In this document: positions 63,762 through 64,000 of the stretch, in pieces
How positions within the stretch are numbered: position 1 is the first letter of the stretch
Layout of the letters: every line of letters starts with the position of its first letter
From: Utricularia gibba
Lineage: Eukaryota; Plantae; Magnoliophyta
Assembly (NCBI GenBank): GCA_002189035.1
Contig: CM007991.1
Span: forward strand, 3,968,001-4,032,000
Reading direction: 5' to 3'
DNA length: 64,000 bases
Notes under the pieces: generated by a model
The model's input: only the letters and a program-made list of their open reading frames with translations
The model's database searches: none
What the model was told of the DNA's origin: nothing
Made by a program: the position numbers and the translations under genes

Positions 63762-64000
63762 ATGGCGCTTGATGTTCTGCTATTGCTGTTTCTTCTTCTT
63801 CTCGGTGTTTATGTTTCCGATGGCCAGAATATCAGCAGAGCAAGTTTTCCAGAGGGGTTCGTTTTCGGCACCGCCTCCGCGGCGTATCAGGTATCAGAAT
63901 TCCTGTTTTTACTCTGTAAGATGTCACCCTTTACTGAGCACAGTAACCAACACTTGTGTTATCAGTATGAAGGAGCTGTGAAGGAGGGTGGGAGAGGACC
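63762..64000 (+). CDS. BGLU40: Glycoside hydrolase family 1 beta-glucosidase (BGLU40-like), 5' part; continues past the window end
   Basis: Exon 1 63762-63890 (signal peptide MALDVLLLLFLLLLGVYVSDG, NISRASFPEGFVFGTASAAYQ), intron, exon 2 from 63966 (YEGAVKEGGRG). GH1 N-terminal signature. The paralog call rests on synteny recalled from memory. Confidence 0.88.
   Translation, partial: MALDVLLLLFLLLLGVYVSDGQNISRASFPEGFVFGTASAAYQVSEFLFLLCKMSPFTEHSNQHLCYQYEGAVKEGGRG

Noticed and set aside
6530-63981. Numerous 60-110 aa ORFs antisense or out of frame to the called genes (e.g. 6530-6778, 11865-12218, 22208-22459, 28450-28800, 30092-30643, 45504-45824, 48313-48669, 52545-53146)
   Set aside because: Shadow ORFs of real exons with no independent coding evidence.

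Overview
Eukaryotic nuclear DNA from a eudicot plant with a compact gene layout: GC-richer exons, mostly 70-110 bp introns and AT-rich intergenic spacers carrying transposon debris. I can support 16 protein-coding genes, two of them cut by the window edges: DCP5, a PII-2-like LRR protein, an ALA-type P4-ATPase, a DUF740-like protein, a NIK LRR receptor kinase, a class III peroxidase, SOFL, a U-box/ARM ligase, TRAX/TSNAX, an ACR4-like protein, an FYR-domain protein, SP1L, ASNSD1, AFP, a ureide permease and a GH1 beta-glucosidase. There are also two decayed genes the ORF track does not show (a CRWN/NMCP lamin-like remnant and a PPR remnant), a degraded Ty1/copia element and several MITEs with TIRs and TSDs. 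From memory, the gene content matches the ancestral eudicot block represented in Arabidopsis around At1g68710-69260, At1g26110-26560, At1g132xx-137xx, At3g255xx-256xx and At2g035xx-037xx; this needs checking. I found no rRNA, tRNA, CRISPR array or convincing new multi-gene system. The most interesting signals are the genes decaying in place, a tail-to-tail NIK/peroxidase pair 79 bp apart in which both genes seem to have lost their last intron, and three reading-frame anomalies (DCP5, U-box gene, UPS leader) that could be biology or assembly indels. All family assignments come from motif recognition, not database searches.
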